From an uncultured bacterium (GTDB lineage: Bacteria; GCA-001730085), in contig CAZMGY010000010.1 in the NCBI GenBank assembly GCA_964565945.1, forward strand, positions 30,001-62,000: a stretch of 32,000 bases of DNA, in the 5' to 3' direction. The notes below the pieces were generated by a model. The model did not search any database. It was not told where the DNA came from and saw only the letters and a list, made by a program, of their open reading frames with translations. The position numbers were made by a program, and so were the translations under genes. Positions 1 through 9,801 of this stretch are shown piece by piece. Positions within the stretch are counted from its first letter, which is position 1. Every line of letters starts with the position of its first letter.

Positions 1-63
1 GATCAGGCCGAAAATCGCATGCATATCCAAAAAGCTATTATGCAGAGTTTAATTGTTTCGTAA
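1..63 (+). CDS. argF: ornithine carbamoyltransferase, extreme C-terminus (5' part lies outside the window)
   Basis: Frame 1 reads DQAENRMHIQKAIMQSLIVS then TAA at 61-63. AENRMH-x-x-KA-x-M matches the conserved C-terminal helix of ornithine carbamoyltransferases (E. coli ArgI has AENRMHTIKAVM). It lies directly upstream of argG. Only 20 codons are visible. Confidence 0.6.
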   Translation, partial: DQAENRMHIQKAIMQSLIVS

Positions 64-89
64 TATCAATTATTCAAGGAGTTTGAGAA

Positions 90-1289
90 ATGAAAAAAAT
101 TGTTTTAGCGTATTCAGGCGGACTAGATACTTCAGTAATTATTCCTTGGTTAAAAGAAAAATATGGCCAAGATATCGAAGTAGTGTGTTATGCAGCTGAT
201 TTGGGACAAGGCAAAGACTTAGATCCTCTTGAAGAAAAAGCTATTAAGAGTGGTGCCAGTAAGATTTATATTGATGATCTTAAAGAAGAGTTTTTGACCA
301 ACTATGTCTATCCTGCGTTGAAAGCTGGGGCGCTTTATGAAGGACAATATCCTCTAGCGACAGCTTTAGGTCGCCCCTTAATTGCTCAAAAAATGGTGGA
401 TGTGGCTCTTAAAGAAAAGGCTGATGCAGTCTGTCATGGTTGTACGGGTAAAGGTAATGATCAGGTGCGTTTTGATGTAACATTTGCTGCCTTAGCACCA
501 GAGCTTAAAATTATTGCTCCTTTGCGTGAGTGGGATATGAGATCTCGCGAAGAAGAGATTGAATATGCCAAAAAATATGGTATCGATGTTCCTGTGACCA
601 AAGAAAAACCCTATAGTCTAGATTTGAACATTTGGGGACAAAGCATCGAATGTGGTGTGCTGGAAGATCCTTGGAAAGAGCCTCCTGCGGATGCATATGT
701 GATCACGCAAGCTCCAGAAGAAGCGCCTGATAAAGCGAAATACATCGAGATCACTTTCGAGCAGGGAACGCCTGTGGCGGTGAATGGAGAGAAATTGGCA
801 CCTATTGCTTTGGTGGAAAAGTTAGGTCAATTGGGCTGTGTCCATGGTATTGGTCGTTTGGATATGGTGGAGAATCGTTTGGTAGGGATTAAATCTCGTG
901 AGATTTATGAATCTCCTGTAGCAACGATCTTATTCAATGCGCACCAGTCTTTGGAGGCTTTAACATTAGAACGTGAGTTAATGCATTACAAACAAAAGTT
1001 GTCTCATGATTATGCCAACATGGTGTACTATGGTCAGTGGTTTTCTCCTTTGCGCGAGGCCTTGGATGCATTTGTGAATTCGACTCAGCAGTGGGTCTCG
1101 GGTGATGTGCGTCTAAAACTGTACAAAGGTAATGCCACGGTTGTGGGACGCAAGTCTCCACACTCTTTGTATGACGAATCCTTGGCCACATACACAATTG
1201 AAGATAAGTTTGATCATAAGTCAGCCGAAGGTTTTATCAAGTGTTTTGGTTTACCTTTGGAAGTGGCTGGGTGTCGTTCGCGTAAATAA
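90..1289 (+). CDS. argG: argininosuccinate synthase
   Basis: 399-aa ORF with an AGGAG RBS upstream. N-terminal [12 protein letters not shown]-binding motif and full-length type I argininosuccinate synthase-like sequence. Confidence 0.97.
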   Translation: MKKIVLAYSGGLDTSVIIPWLKEKYGQDIEVVCYAADLGQGKDLDPLEEKAIKSGASKIYIDDLKEEFLTNYVYPALKAGALYEGQYPLATALGRPLIAQKMVDVALKEKADAVCHGCTGKGNDQVRFDVTFAALAPELKIIAPLREWDMRSREEEIEYAKKYGIDVPVTKEKPYSLDLNIWGQSIECGVLEDPWKEPPADAYVITQAPEEAPDKAKYIEITFEQGTPVAVNGEKLAPIALVEKLGQLGCVHGIGRLDMVENRLVGIKSREIYESPVATILFNAHQSLEALTLERELMHYKQKLSHDYANMVYYGQWFSPLREALDAFVNSTQQWVSGDVRLKLYKGNATVVGRKSPHSLYDESLATYTIEDKFDHKSAEGFIKCFGLPLEVAGCRSRK

Positions 1290-1366
1290 TTATTTCAGTT
1301 TATTTTAGATTTTTTTGGTAGTGTTTTTAGGGTGGAAAATGATGGATTATACAAAGCCCCCAGTTG

Positions 1367-2383
1367 TTAATGTGCTAAATATATTCTGAATAACTTAGGT
1401 AACAAGCCTAATAATCTTTTTCTGATTTGATGCCAATATATCGATAAAAGTAAAAGCGCACCACCAACCCATGCCCCTGTTAATGCTAAGCCATATGAAT
1501 TTTCCACAGAGACTGATAAAACGCTTGAAACTGCATAAATTACATATATTAAAGAAGAGACCATAAAGCCACGCCTATTGATAATAATAGCTATCAAACT
1601 CAGAAATATATATAAAATAATGATAATAATGATATTGCTTACTTCACCATGATTTTTTAGAGCATCAAATATTGAAAAAATAGGGTGAATGATCAAAGGT
1701 GCCGAAGTTAAATGCAACCAAAAGGCGACATCAGATTTATAGGTAGTTCTGTGAATATCAGTACAATCCCAAAACATAGCCAGTGCAAAAGCCATCACTC
1801 CAAAAAGCAAGAAAATGCATGTTGCATGATCTTTTAATAATGTAGGAAAGGCGGATAAAATAATGCTTAATAAAAAAACATAGAGCAATATAACGTTAAG
1901 GGCAACTGTGATAGGCACTCTAAAGCGAACCCAATGAAAATAAGCACTAATTGTTGTTACAAAGGAGGCAAAAATTAAATTTTCTTTGTTTTTAACTAGT
2001 TCTAGTTCAACACCTTTAAATGGTGATAGTTCTAAGCATAGAACAAATACTCCACCGATAAATGCAATTAATAAGACAATACCAGGTAATAACATTTTTT
2101 TTTTGCGGACAAAAATTTCACTTAAACCCCAAGCCACTATTGGAAATATAAAATAGCCAATTTTGTTTTGGGCATCATTCAATACCCACCTCAAAGAAAA
2201 TAAAAATAACAGGGAAGAGATGACAACAAAGATATCATTAAAACTATTTATCAGCTTGAAATTTTCTTCATCAACGAGAGTTGTATTTTTACCATTGGCA
2301 ACAAAATCCCTAAAACTATCAACCGATGACTGGTTAAAAATATTTTGCTTTACGGCATCCTTTAAGTTTTCTTCTGTATACAC
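1367..2383 (-). CDS. multi-pass integral membrane protein, unknown function
   Basis: 338-aa ORF. A soluble ~50-aa N-terminus is followed by many hydrophobic helices. I recognise no catalytic motif. It is visibly more AT-rich than its neighbours and contains an A10 run (T10 on + strand at 2095-2104, codons RKKKM). It is convergent with argG. Confidence 0.7.
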   Translation of the reverse strand: MYTEENLKDAVKQNIFNQSSVDSFRDFVANGKNTTLVDEENFKLINSFNDIFVVISSLLFLFSLRWVLNDAQNKIGYFIFPIVAWGLSEIFVRKKKMLLPGIVLLIAFIGGVFVLCLELSPFKGVELELVKNKENLIFASFVTTISAYFHWVRFRVPITVALNVILLYVFLLSIILSAFPTLLKDHATCIFLLFGVMAFALAMFWDCTDIHRTTYKSDVAFWLHLTSAPLIIHPIFSIFDALKNHGEVSNIIIIIILYIFLSLIAIIINRRGFMVSSLIYVIYAVSSVLSVSVENSYGLALTGAWVGGALLLLSIYWHQIRKRLLGLLPKLFRIYLAH

Positions 2384-2425
2384 AACCGACTCTTTAGTTT
2401 TTAGTAAAATCTCATTATACTAAAA

Positions 2426-2448
2426 AAACTCAAAAATTTATTGAGTTT
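2426..2448. promoter_or_regulatory. perfect 8-bp inverted repeat AAACTCAA-N7-TTGAGTTT upstream of the membrane-protein gene (possible operator or hairpin)
   Basis: Read directly from the sequence. It lies 43-65 nt upstream of the minus-strand ATG at 2383. AT-rich stem. Function unknown. Confidence 0.2.
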
Positions 2449-2615
2449 ATGTTTCGCCCGAGAAGCACCAACACCACATAAATTTTTAGGCATTTTCTTT
2501 CTCCACACTAATATCAGTTTTTAACTGGGGAAGGGGCTATATCTATTAGAGTACTCCACCTCTGAGGGGTTCTGTGAATGTTGGCACGCATCAAGGAACG
2601 ATTAGTACTGCAGGC

Positions 2616-2643
2616 TTAGCCAATAAACAATAAGTGTTATAAT
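2616..2643 (+). promoter_or_regulatory. candidate sigma70-type promoter for argH with extended -10
   Basis: TGtTATAAT (TG at 2635-2636, TATAAT at 2638-2643) and a weak -35 TTAGCC at 2616-2621 with a 16-nt spacer. It lies about 50 nt upstream of the argH ATG. Confidence 0.4.
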
Positions 2644-2692
2644 AATCCTTTCATATTTTTTTTTAACACAAAGAAGTGAAAGATATTAGTGT

Positions 2693-4084
2693 ATGGCTAA
2701 GCAAACGTCCAAAAAACCTTTGAAGGCATGGGGAGGTCGCTTCTCTAAAGCCACTAACCAATTGTTGGAACAATTTTCTGAATCCGTTAGCTTTGATTGG
2801 TATCTGTACGATGTAGATATCGAGGGAAGCTTGGCCCATTCTGCTATGCTTCACAAGATAGGTGTGCTTAGTGCTAAAGAAAAGAATGCAATTCATAAAG
2901 GTCTTAAAGAGATTCGCAAAGAAATTGAGCAGCAGGGTTTGGATTGGTTTGATGTGGCTCTCGAAGATGTTCATATGAATATTGAGACGCGGCTAACTCA
3001 GAAAGTTGGGGTGGCGGGTCAAAAGTTGCATACTGGTCGGAGCCGTAATGACCAAGTGGCACTTGATCTTCGGATGAAACTTAAGCAATACAGTGAACAA
3101 TTGATTGAGCTTTTAACTGCTTTGCAGCAGTCTTTGGTGATGTTTGCCGATCATAATAGTGCTGTTGTGATTCCCGAGATGACGCACACGCAACATGCCC
3201 AACCCGTTTTATTGGCTCACCATATGTTGGCGTACGTTGAGATGGTGTCTCGTGATATCGAACGGATTCAAGACACCTACAAGCGTATTGATGTTATGTC
3301 CTTAGGTTCAGGTGCGTGTGTGGGTAGTGGTTTGCCGCTGGACCGTGAATTTGTTCGCAAGCAATTAGGTTTTGCTAAGTTAAGTCAGAACAGTGTTGAT
3401 GCAGTGAGTGATCGTGATTTTGTGGTTGAGTTTTTGAATAATCTTGCCTTGGTGGCGACACACTTGTCACGTTTATCGGAAGAGTGGATTTTGTGGTCTA
3501 CCACAGAGTTTGCCTGGATTGAACTTGGTGATGATTATTGCACGGGTAGCAGTATGATGCCACAAAAGAAAAATGCCGATGCCTTGGAACTGATTCGAGG
3601 CAATACGGCTAGTGTTTATGGTGATTTGGTGGCGTTATTATCTCTTTTGAAAGCTTTGCCTTTGGCTTACAATCGCGATATGCAAGATGACAAACGTCGT
3701 TTGTTCGAGACGTATTTACGCATAGTTCAAAGTCTTCAAATTAGTACTGGAGTGATTCAGTCAGCTCAAGTTAATCAGGACCGTTGTTTGGAAGCGGCCA
3801 GAGATGGCTTTGCCTATGCCACTGATATGTCGGATTACTTGGTCAAAAAAGGTATGCCTTTTCGCGAATCCCACCATGTGGTAGGTTCGATTGTGGGTTA
3901 TTGCCATAAAAATAAATGCGATGTGGCGGATATGACGGTAGCTCAGCTCAAAAAGTTCTCCGAACTTTTTGAAGACGATATCTACAAAGCTATCACGGTA
4001 CAAAGCTGTCTGGCATCCAAAAATGTAATTGGTGGCACAGCTCCTCGCCGCGTGAAACAACAGCTCAAAAAACACATGTTATAA
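2693..4084 (+). CDS. argH: argininosuccinate lyase
   Basis: 463-aa ORF. N-terminal WGGRFS motif and the fumarate-lyase signature GSSMMPQKKN. Confidence 0.97.
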   Translation: MAKQTSKKPLKAWGGRFSKATNQLLEQFSESVSFDWYLYDVDIEGSLAHSAMLHKIGVLSAKEKNAIHKGLKEIRKEIEQQGLDWFDVALEDVHMNIETRLTQKVGVAGQKLHTGRSRNDQVALDLRMKLKQYSEQLIELLTALQQSLVMFADHNSAVVIPEMTHTQHAQPVLLAHHMLAYVEMVSRDIERIQDTYKRIDVMSLGSGACVGSGLPLDREFVRKQLGFAKLSQNSVDAVSDRDFVVEFLNNLALVATHLSRLSEEWILWSTTEFAWIELGDDYCTGSSMMPQKKNADALELIRGNTASVYGDLVALLSLLKALPLAYNRDMQDDKRRLFETYLRIVQSLQISTGVIQSAQVNQDRCLEAARDGFAYATDMSDYLVKKGMPFRESHHVVGSIVGYCHKNKCDVADMTVAQLKKFSELFEDDIYKAITVQSCLASKNVIGGTAPRRVKQQLKKHML

Positions 4085-4891
4085 GGTAATACCCAAATCC
4101 AAAAATAATTTGCACATCTTTGCTCTAATGGCAAATTCAATGTTGTTGTCAAAATAATACTCAATGATTTTGGCTTGATAGCCAGCTGCATCAATACGCG
4201 ACTTAATTTATCTTGATACTCTCAGGCAAAGCACTTTGACAGTGTTTTAATAAACCCAAGATTGTCTTTTGCTGGCGAAGTATTGCCCGCCCTAAAGTCG
4301 GTGGCTACTATGTTATGCCCTGTTTGGGCAATGTATTCCAGCATTGGCATAGAGCCCTTGTGTTTTTTATAAGTCCATTGGGCAGCGGCTTTATTGGCAA
4401 TCACCTCAGAGGTATCAATATCAAGCGTAATATTTTTACAGTTGTGCAAGGTGGCACCGAGTAAAGTTTTATTAACTTCTGATGAGGCACTAATACCTTG
4501 ATTGTCTTTACCCAAGTGTCTTAAGCAAGTACCAATGGCTTGTGGTGTTGGTTTTTTTTGTTGAAGCAGTAAAGACAAGGCTTTGTTTTTGGGAATATGG
4601 AGGGTGTCATCCAGACATTTCCCACCTTCGTGTTGACTTAGTAGTAAGGTATTGATAAAAGTTGAAACTTGAAGAGCAGTATTGCTATTTAAAGCAGGGA
4701 AGCACGGGTCAATGGGCTTTATCAAGGGTAAGTGATTGCATTAAATGTGCGGATGCTAACAAGCCTGTGCGGGCAGTTAGAAGTTCGTTGGTGGGGGTGA
4801 GTTTATAGTTTAAAATATTCATAAGCACAAAAGTTTGGTTACCTTTGGTGTTTTCACCCACTGGGTGAAAAGATTTTTTTGTTGAAACCAT
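4082..4891 (-). pseudogene. IS1380-family DDE transposase remnant, frameshifted and 3'-truncated
   Basis: Three minus-strand frame segments. 4709-4891 is the N-terminus (LTARTGLLASAHLM). 4222-4725 carries TLDIDTSEVIANK...YKKHKGSMPM...FRAGNTS, which resembles the IS1380 LDIDST...YKG..GYHPL...LRPGN block. About 4082-4207 reads IKSRIDAAGYQAKIIEYYFDNNIEFAIRAK, which resembles the RADSAGY second-Asp block. The catalytic Glu region and the whole C-terminal half are absent. The segment abuts the argH stop codon. Confidence 0.75.
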
Positions 4892-5078
4892 TATAGCAGT
4901 TGGGATTTCTGTGCTTTTTTGTTTTCTATTTTTGGATGGGGGTAATAGAGAATAGCGGAGCCTTGTCTTATACAGAAAAACGCGGTTTTATTTTGATCCT
5001 TATTGATAAAAAGGTAGCTTGAACTTATAATGGATGCGTTATGTTGAGGTGATATTGCAAGTTCAAAGGTGAGGAAAC

Positions 5079-6320
5079 ATGAGCGATTTTAGTTATAAAA
5101 ACGATGAGTTGTACTGTGAACAATTAAAAGTGGCTGATCTGGCTCAAAAATTTGGAACGCCACTCTACCTGTATAGCTACAATGCGTTCAAAAATCATTA
5201 CTTGGAACTAGCGGAAGCGTATTCCTCCTTGAATAACTTGATATGTTTTTCGGTCAAAGCCAACTCGAATATCTATATTTTGAAAAACTTAGTCGATTTG
5301 GGGGCTGGATTAGACATTGTTTCGGGTGGAGAGTTACAACGGGCTTTGAAAGCAGGATGTCCTGCAGATAAAATTGTTTTTGCTGGTGTGGGTAAAAAGA
5401 AAGATGAAATTCGTGATGCTCTTAAAGCGGGGATCAAAATGTTTAATGTCGAATCGTATCCTGAACTTTTAAGAATCAATGACATTGCTGGTCAACTAGG
5501 TGTCGAGGGGCGTGTTTCGCTGCGTGTAAATCCCGATGTTGATCCCAAAACACATAAGTACATTACCACTGGAAAAAAAGAAAACAAATTTGGTTTAGAT
5601 TTTGAAATTGCACATAATATTTTCGAAAAATCCCGCAAATTTAAGCATGTCAAAATCATTGGGATTCATTGTCATGTGGGTTCGCAAATCACTCAGGACA
5701 CGCCTTTTATCAAAGCGCTCGATCGTGTGAAGGGCTTTTTGGATCATATTTATGAAGAGGGCTTTGACATTGAGGCATTCAACTTTGGTGGGGGCTTAGG
5801 CATCGTGTACAAAGATGAAAACCCCCAAACGGCCCAGGAGTTTGCTCAAAAAGTCATTCCCTTGTTGAAGGGGCTTAAGGTGAAGGAAACTATCTTTGAG
5901 CCGGGACGTTACATTGCGGGCAATTCAGGAATTTTGGTAACTGAAGTTCAGTACATCAAAAAAAGTGGTCCGAAAACCTTTGTGATTGTTGATGCGGCTA
6001 TGAATGATTTGATGCGCCCCGTTCTTTATGAAGCTTATCATGCCATGGGTGCTGTTAAAAAAAGTGGCGAGCGCATGAATGCTGATATTGTTGGGCCTAT
6101 TTGCGAATCAGGTGATTTTTTTGCTAAGGAACGCGAGATTGATGTTGTTGGTGAAGGGGCCTTTATTGCAATTATGAGTGCTGGGGCCTATGGTTTCAGC
6201 ATGGCGTCAAATTATAATACGCGTCCTCGGCCGGCGGAGGTTCTCGTTAAAGGCGATACGCCACAGTTGATTCGTCATCGAGAGACCGTGGATGATTTGA
6301 TGGCCCAAGAGACGTTTTAA
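5079..6320 (+). CDS. lysA: diaminopimelate decarboxylase
   Basis: 413-aa ORF with a GGTGAGGA RBS. PLP-Lys context FSVKANSN, FGGGLG, and PICESGD motifs of group IV decarboxylases. It lies in a dap gene context. Confidence 0.95.
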   Translation: MSDFSYKNDELYCEQLKVADLAQKFGTPLYLYSYNAFKNHYLELAEAYSSLNNLICFSVKANSNIYILKNLVDLGAGLDIVSGGELQRALKAGCPADKIVFAGVGKKKDEIRDALKAGIKMFNVESYPELLRINDIAGQLGVEGRVSLRVNPDVDPKTHKYITTGKKENKFGLDFEIAHNIFEKSRKFKHVKIIGIHCHVGSQITQDTPFIKALDRVKGFLDHIYEEGFDIEAFNFGGGLGIVYKDENPQTAQEFAQKVIPLLKGLKVKETIFEPGRYIAGNSGILVTEVQYIKKSGPKTFVIVDAAMNDLMRPVLYEAYHAMGAVKKSGERMNADIVGPICESGDFFAKEREIDVVGEGAFIAIMSAGAYGFSMASNYNTRPRPAEVLVKGDTPQLIRHRETVDDLMAQETF

Positions 6321-6395
6321 AACAGTGTGAGATCCTAGGCAACATGTTTGACTCACTGTACCTGAAATGTTAAAGGAGAGGAGTGAAGAAGACGT

Positions 6396-7133
6396 ATGAT
6401 TCGTAGGATTTCTGTTGGTTTTAGTCTTTTTATGCTCTGTTTAGGGGGCTCACTTTGGGCTCGTTCGGTTGCCGTTATCGAGCTATTCACCTCCGAAGGT
6501 TGTTCGAGTTGCCCCTCCGCAGAACACCTTTTGAATGAGCTAGTGCGCGAAGAAAGCTCCTCTGAGAGGGCGATTTATCCTTTGGCTTTTCACGTCGATT
6601 ACTGGAATTATCTTGGTTGGGAAGACCGTTTGGCGGATCCTATTTTCACTCAAAGGCAGCGCGATTATAGGCAACGGATGCGTTTACGCTCGATTTACAC
6701 CCCTCAGATGATTGTGAATGGCACAAATCAGTTTGTAGGCTCGGATGAAGCGTGTGCTCGTAAGGCGATTGTTCAGGCTTTGAATCAGCCGATTAAAACG
6801 GGACTTGTGCTTCGTTTGTTAAAAAATAAGAAAGGGACGCTTAAGGTAGCTTATCAAGTGGCTCACACCGAAGCATCTTGGCAGTTACATGTTACGTTGG
6901 TGGAAAAAACGACTTCTAATGAAGTGCAACGGGGTGAAAACCGAGGACGATTTTTGAAACATGCCAATGTTGTGAGAATTTTGCAGACAGTGGCATTGTC
7001 TTCTCGTACCCAGCGTGGCGAAGTGAGTTTGCGAATCCCACGTGACTTATCTAGTGATTATTTTGTGATGGCCTATGTTCAAGATGCGGGAACTGGAGCC
7101 ATTGTTGGCGCTCAAGACTTAAAGTTGTTCTAA
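6396..7133 (+). CDS. secreted DUF1223-like thioredoxin-fold protein
   Basis: 245-aa ORF. Signal peptide MIRRISVGFSLFMLCLGGSLWA, followed by ELFTSEGCSSCP (CxxC) and HVDYWNYLGW, as I recall for DUF1223. Confidence 0.8.
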   Translation: MIRRISVGFSLFMLCLGGSLWARSVAVIELFTSEGCSSCPSAEHLLNELVREESSSERAIYPLAFHVDYWNYLGWEDRLADPIFTQRQRDYRQRMRLRSIYTPQMIVNGTNQFVGSDEACARKAIVQALNQPIKTGLVLRLLKNKKGTLKVAYQVAHTEASWQLHVTLVEKTTSNEVQRGENRGRFLKHANVVRILQTVALSSRTQRGEVSLRIPRDLSSDYFVMAYVQDAGTGAIVGAQDLKLF

Positions 7134-7156
7134 TGATACAATAGCCTTTTGTTTCT

Positions 7157-7990
7157 ATGAATGACGAGAAGGTTAGACGAATGATGCCAATTGCATTTAC
7201 CAAAATGAATGGAGCAGGCAACGATTTTGTGATGATTGACCATCGTGATAAGCCTTATGAAGCTCAATTGAAAGAATTAGCGTTAAAAATGTGCCATCGC
7301 CACTTTGGTGTGGGAGCCGATGGTTTGATTTTGATCGAACATGCCGATCACGTTGATTTCAAAATGCGCATTGTGAATGCTGATGGGGCTGAAGCTGAAA
7401 TGTGCGGTAATGGGGCACGTTGTGCGGTTAAATACGCTGAACAGCTTGGGCTGGTTTCGGGAACGATGAGCTTTGAGACCTTGGCGGGTATTTTGGTGGC
7501 TGAAATTTTGCCTGATGGATTGGTTAAGATTCGTATGAGTGACCCCTTTGATTTGAATACAAGCATTGAACTCGAAGACAAAGGGCGCTTGTGGGAGGTT
7601 GCTTTTATCAACACTGGAGTGCCGCATGCGATTATTTTTGTTGAAGACCTCGATAAGGTTGATGTCGAAGGGATGGGACATTTGATTCGTTACCACGACC
7701 ACTTTGCTCCAGCTGGTACCAATGTAAATGTGGTGCAAGTGATCAATCAAGATACGATTCGCATTCGCACGTATGAGCGAGGCGTCGAAGGAGAAACCTT
7801 TGCTTGTGGAACTGGTGCGACGGCTGCGGCGATTATGGCTCACTTGGTTAAAGAGGTTTCGACGCAGGTAAAAGTTTTGGTGAAAGGCGGGGAGTTAACG
7901 ATTAATTTTACGCTGAATGATTCTCAGGATGTTGGGGAAGTCGACATGACGGGGGCGGCAGAAACAGTTTTTACGGGGACATTTGCTTAG
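7157..7990 (+). CDS. dapF: diaminopimelate epimerase
   Basis: NGAGNDF motif and both catalytic Cys contexts (MCGNGARC and ACGTGATA). The true start may be the ATG at 7181 or 7184 (MMPIAFTKMNGAGNDF). Confidence 0.93.
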   Translation: MNDEKVRRMMPIAFTKMNGAGNDFVMIDHRDKPYEAQLKELALKMCHRHFGVGADGLILIEHADHVDFKMRIVNADGAEAEMCGNGARCAVKYAEQLGLVSGTMSFETLAGILVAEILPDGLVKIRMSDPFDLNTSIELEDKGRLWEVAFINTGVPHAIIFVEDLDKVDVEGMGHLIRYHDHFAPAGTNVNVVQVINQDTIRIRTYERGVEGETFACGTGATAAAIMAHLVKEVSTQVKVLVKGGELTINFTLNDSQDVGEVDMTGAAETVFTGTFA

Positions 7991-8094
7991 GCCATTCCAG
8001 CGTATTCCACTTAAGCCACGGAATGACGAATCAGAGGAGCCGTGTCCGTATTAAAAAGATTCCCTATCGGGATATGAAGGCAAGGGAGATAGCA

Positions 8095-8967
8095 ATGATT
8101 TTTAAAGGTTCTACGGTGGCGCTAGCCACACCTCATAATAATGGTGCGGTTGATTTGGATGCTTTTGCTGATTTGATTGAGTTTCAGATCGAAAGCGGCA
8201 CGCATGCCCTCTTGCCTTGTGGGTGTACGGGGGAAGCGGCAACGATGAGCCATGATGAGCAAATTAAGTTGATTAAATTCACCGTTGAACGCGTTAAAGG
8301 TCGTGTTCCTGTGATGGCTGGATCTGGTTCGAATAATACCAAAGAAGCTTTAGAATTAACCCAGCAAGCCAAGGGTGCGGGAGCGGATGGTGTCTTGTTG
8401 ATTACGCCGTATTACAACAAACCAACTCAAGAAGGTTTGATTGCGCATTACACAACCATTGCGAATAATGCCGATATTCCGATAGTTCTCTACAATGTGC
8501 CAGGTCGTACAGCGGTGAAAATTGAGCCAGAAACGATTGCCCGTTTAGCGGAAGTGAGCAATATTATTGCGGTTAAGGAAGCCTGTGGATCGGTCGATCA
8601 AGTCAGTCAAATTTTGGCTTTATGTGACATTATGGTTTTGTCGGGGGATGATGCCTTAACCTTGCCTATAATGGCTGTGGGTGGCAAAGGGATTGTGTCA
8701 GTGGTGGCCAATATTGTTCCGCAAGACGTGGCTGGTTTGGTGAATGCGTTTAATGCTGGAGATTTGCAGAAAGCGCAAGAATTGCATTACAAGATGGTTC
8801 CTTTAAATAAAGCGATGTTTATCGAAACCAATCCTTTGCCTGTCAAAACGTCTTTAGCGATGATGGGAAAAATTCAAAAAGAGTTTCGTTTACCCTTAAC
8901 ACCTATGCAGCCAGCCAATGAAGACAAATTACATGCGGTCTTGAGCACTTATGGGGTGGTATCGTGA
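8095..8967 (+). CDS. dapA: 4-hydroxy-tetrahydrodipicolinate synthase
   Basis: The ORF is open from 8023. The ATG at 8095 has a GGGAG RBS and gives a canonical N-terminus. Motifs: GCTGEAATMS (GTTGE-like), YNVPGRT, and Schiff-base Lys context IIAVKEA. Confidence 0.93.
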   Translation: MIFKGSTVALATPHNNGAVDLDAFADLIEFQIESGTHALLPCGCTGEAATMSHDEQIKLIKFTVERVKGRVPVMAGSGSNNTKEALELTQQAKGAGADGVLLITPYYNKPTQEGLIAHYTTIANNADIPIVLYNVPGRTAVKIEPETIARLAEVSNIIAVKEACGSVDQVSQILALCDIMVLSGDDALTLPIMAVGGKGIVSVVANIVPQDVAGLVNAFNAGDLQKAQELHYKMVPLNKAMFIETNPLPVKTSLAMMGKIQKEFRLPLTPMQPANEDKLHAVLSTYGVVS

Positions 8968-9764
8968 GGATTGTGAAGGTTGGCATGATTGGAGCTTGTG
9001 GCCGGATGGGCCGTCAAATTGTGGCTGAAATTATGGCCGACCCCAAAATTGAGTTGTCTGGAGCGGTGGATCATGCCGAGTCTCCTTTTTTGGGTCAGGA
9101 TATAGGCATCTTGGCTGGAGGTTCTCCTCAAAATGTTTTGATCACCGATGATATGGATGCAGTGGTGGTGGCCAGTGACGTGGTGATTGACTTTTCTTCG
9201 TTAGAGGCGTTGAAAGCGAATTTAGATACTGTGGTTAAGCATGGCAGGGCCATAGTGATTGGGACTACGGGCTTGAGTGATGCGGATAAAGATCTTCTGG
9301 ATGCGGCTAGCCAAAAAGTGCCCTGTTTATGGTCTCCCAATATGAGTGTTGGTGTTAACTTGTTGTTCAAAATTGTGGGTGAAGTGGCTCAAATGCTGGG
9401 TAATGATTATGACTTAGAGATTATCGAAAAACATCACAATCAAAAGAAAGATGCTCCCAGTGGTACGGCGGTGGCTTTGGCCGAAGTGATTGCGACAGCG
9501 ACCGATCGTTCGTACAAAGATGATGTGGTTCATGGACGCGAGGGCTTAACATGTGCTCGCAGCAAGCACGAAATCGGCATGCATGCGGTGCGTGGCGGCG
9601 GCATTGTTGGGGAGCATACGGTGATTTATGCTGGAGAGGCGGACTCGATCGAAATTACCCACAAAGCTCAGGATCGACGTGCATTTGCCTTAGGTGCGGT
9701 GCGTGGGGCCAAGTTTGTAGCGCATCAGGTTGCAGGACGTTACTCTTTGCTTGATATTTTATAG
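8964..9764 (+). CDS. dapB: 4-hydroxy-tetrahydrodipicolinate reductase
   Basis: The GTG start overlaps the dapA stop by 4 nt (GTGA). Rossmann motif GACGRMGR and EKHHNQKKDAPSGTA motif. Confidence 0.93.
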   Translation: MRIVKVGMIGACGRMGRQIVAEIMADPKIELSGAVDHAESPFLGQDIGILAGGSPQNVLITDDMDAVVVASDVVIDFSSLEALKANLDTVVKHGRAIVIGTTGLSDADKDLLDAASQKVPCLWSPNMSVGVNLLFKIVGEVAQMLGNDYDLEIIEKHHNQKKDAPSGTAVALAEVIATATDRSYKDDVVHGREGLTCARSKHEIGMHAVRGGGIVGEHTVIYAGEADSIEITHKAQDRRAFALGAVRGAKFVAHQVAGRYSLLDIL

Positions 9765-9801
9765 TCTTTTATTGCAATAAGAGACTATTTAAATTTTGTT
9801 A

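Noticed and set aside
2510-2625. G-rich segment (GGGGAAGGGGCTAT...) considered as tmRNA, tRNA or another ncRNA
   Set aside because: It has no T-arm GGTTCGA-type motif, no CCA-proximal acceptor pairing and no tmRNA 3' end. I could trace no stable conserved structure.
4892-5078. Lysine riboswitch (L-box) upstream of lysA
   Set aside because: I could not find the conserved L-box core elements by eye. The region more likely contains the IS remnant end and the lysA promoter. An Infernal scan would settle it.
7283-7843. 186-aa minus-strand ORF (and the 88-aa ORF at 7348..7614) inside dapF
   Set aside because: It is fully antisense to a strongly supported dapF CDS. The sequence is Arg/Ser/His-rich and low in complexity, with no motifs. 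This is a typical shadow ORF.
9551-9754. Same-strand off-frame Cys/Arg/Gly-rich ORFs inside dapB (9551..9754), panB (13147..13365) and lnt (17968..18177)
   Set aside because: These are alternative frames of well-supported genes. Their composition reflects the underlying codon bias, and there is no independent start or RBS support.
9761-9792. AT-rich imperfect hairpin (ATAGTCT...AGACTAT followed by T-rich sequence) after dapB as a rho-independent terminator
   Set aside because: The stem is short, AT-rich and contains a mismatch. My coordinate reading of this line was off by one relative to the ORF track, so I do not report it as a feature.
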